A DNA stretch of 64,000 bases from Carcharhinus amblyrhynchos (lineage: Eukaryota), in contig OZ336875.1 in assembly GCA_965287045.1 (NCBI GenBank), positions 30,442,001 to 30,506,000 on the forward strand, written 5' to 3'. Both the position numbers and the translations under genes were made by a program. Shown here in pieces: positions 63,051 to 64,000 of the stretch (positions are counted from its first letter, which is position 1; each line of letters begins with the position of its first letter). The notes beneath the pieces were generated by a model. The model did no database searches, was not told the origin of the DNA, and saw only the letters and a list, made by a program, of their open reading frames with translations.

Positions 63051-64000
63051 CATGTATAAACTTTGCTCAGATTCACCACTGCAAGCAGTTGGAAAGATCC
63101 ATTTTCATTTTGTCGTCCTGGATATCAATTTAACGACTCACAGCAAGTTTACTTCTGGGTCACAGCCAGTTGCGTAAGATTGCACGTTGGGGGATTGACA
63201 CTGCAAGCAGGGATCTTGTGCAATCCGTAACCAGCAACAGTTACACAAAACATCTTTATGCCATCTGGACATAGTTGTTGGGACCCAGTTGTTGGTACGT
63301 GCCTTTGGAAAGGTTATAGGGAGGGGAGTCTTTTTTAGGAGGAGTTTAAGTATCGTAGAAGATTTGAAGCTACCATAGGAAAAAATACTTATCAGTTAAA
63401 GGGATTAAAGATTAACAAACAGAATTGGTCAGATTGTTCTTAAAAAGGAGCTAAAGGAAATTTATGGGTCTGATGTCCTTGGTCAGAACCTACGCCGATA
63501 AGTGTACATTCTTGTTGTAAACTAGGACGTTGCCATTGCCAACTGACTTTTCTTATGGTCCCTATGCATATAAATTTACTGTCTTTAAATTCTGATCAAA
63601 AGCACTACAGAGAACTGGTTGAATTTGTGGTAGAGCCAATTTTAAACTCTTTTTGTTTTTCAATTCTATATGAAGTGCAAATTTACCTTGTAGGGGATGT
63701 CAACCTGGTCTGATCTACTGCTTTTTGTGCTTTTGAGGTGTGAAGTATTACTTTGCAGGAACAATTTTTGTCCATGAATCAAAAATCTGTTAGAAAGTGT
63801 CTTTTAAATTGGCTCAGTGGAATTAATTTTGTAAGTACTGGCAGCCTTAGGCGACACCAAATATTTATTTTGCTAATATTTTTCACTTAGACTACCATTA
63901 ATACAAATCATATACAGATATTGCACCCATTAGGCTAATATCAATGACAGGTAGAGGAATAGGAACTATTCCAAGGAATAGGGTGAAGTCGTACCATATG

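Noticed and set aside
1-64000. CRISPR array, operon or genuine tRNA/rRNA genes
   Set aside because: No regularly spaced repeats; the sequence is eukaryotic and the tRNA-like boxes belong to SINE heads.

Overview
This is vertebrate genomic DNA, most likely a shark (inferred from HE1-like SINEs, HER1/CR1-type LINEs and Deu-domain SINE tails). No host protein-coding exon could be identified; every recognisable ORF is a retroelement remnant (Tx1/L1, CR1, L2, Rex1). The window reads as a repeat-free, promoter-like 5' region (about 1-4.3 kb) followed by long intronic or intergenic DNA with many TEs and several enhancer-like unique stretches. Five observations stand out. (1) Four fold-back remnants of one Penelope-like family, carrying three minimal type-I hammerhead ribozyme motifs; one has an intact core (33495-33530) inside a 12-bp TSD. 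(2) A textbook recursive splice site (branch point, pyrimidine tract, CAG|GTAAGT) at 39090/39091, implying a very long + strand intron. (3) A Tx1-clade LINE with 5'-inversion (twin-priming) geometry at 6461-9185. (4) A ~210-bp local inverted duplication at 5564-6217. (5) A strand-specific, G-U-rich hairpin at 17331-17421. Repeat family names come from recalled consensus similarity, not database searches, and boundaries of old copies are approximate.
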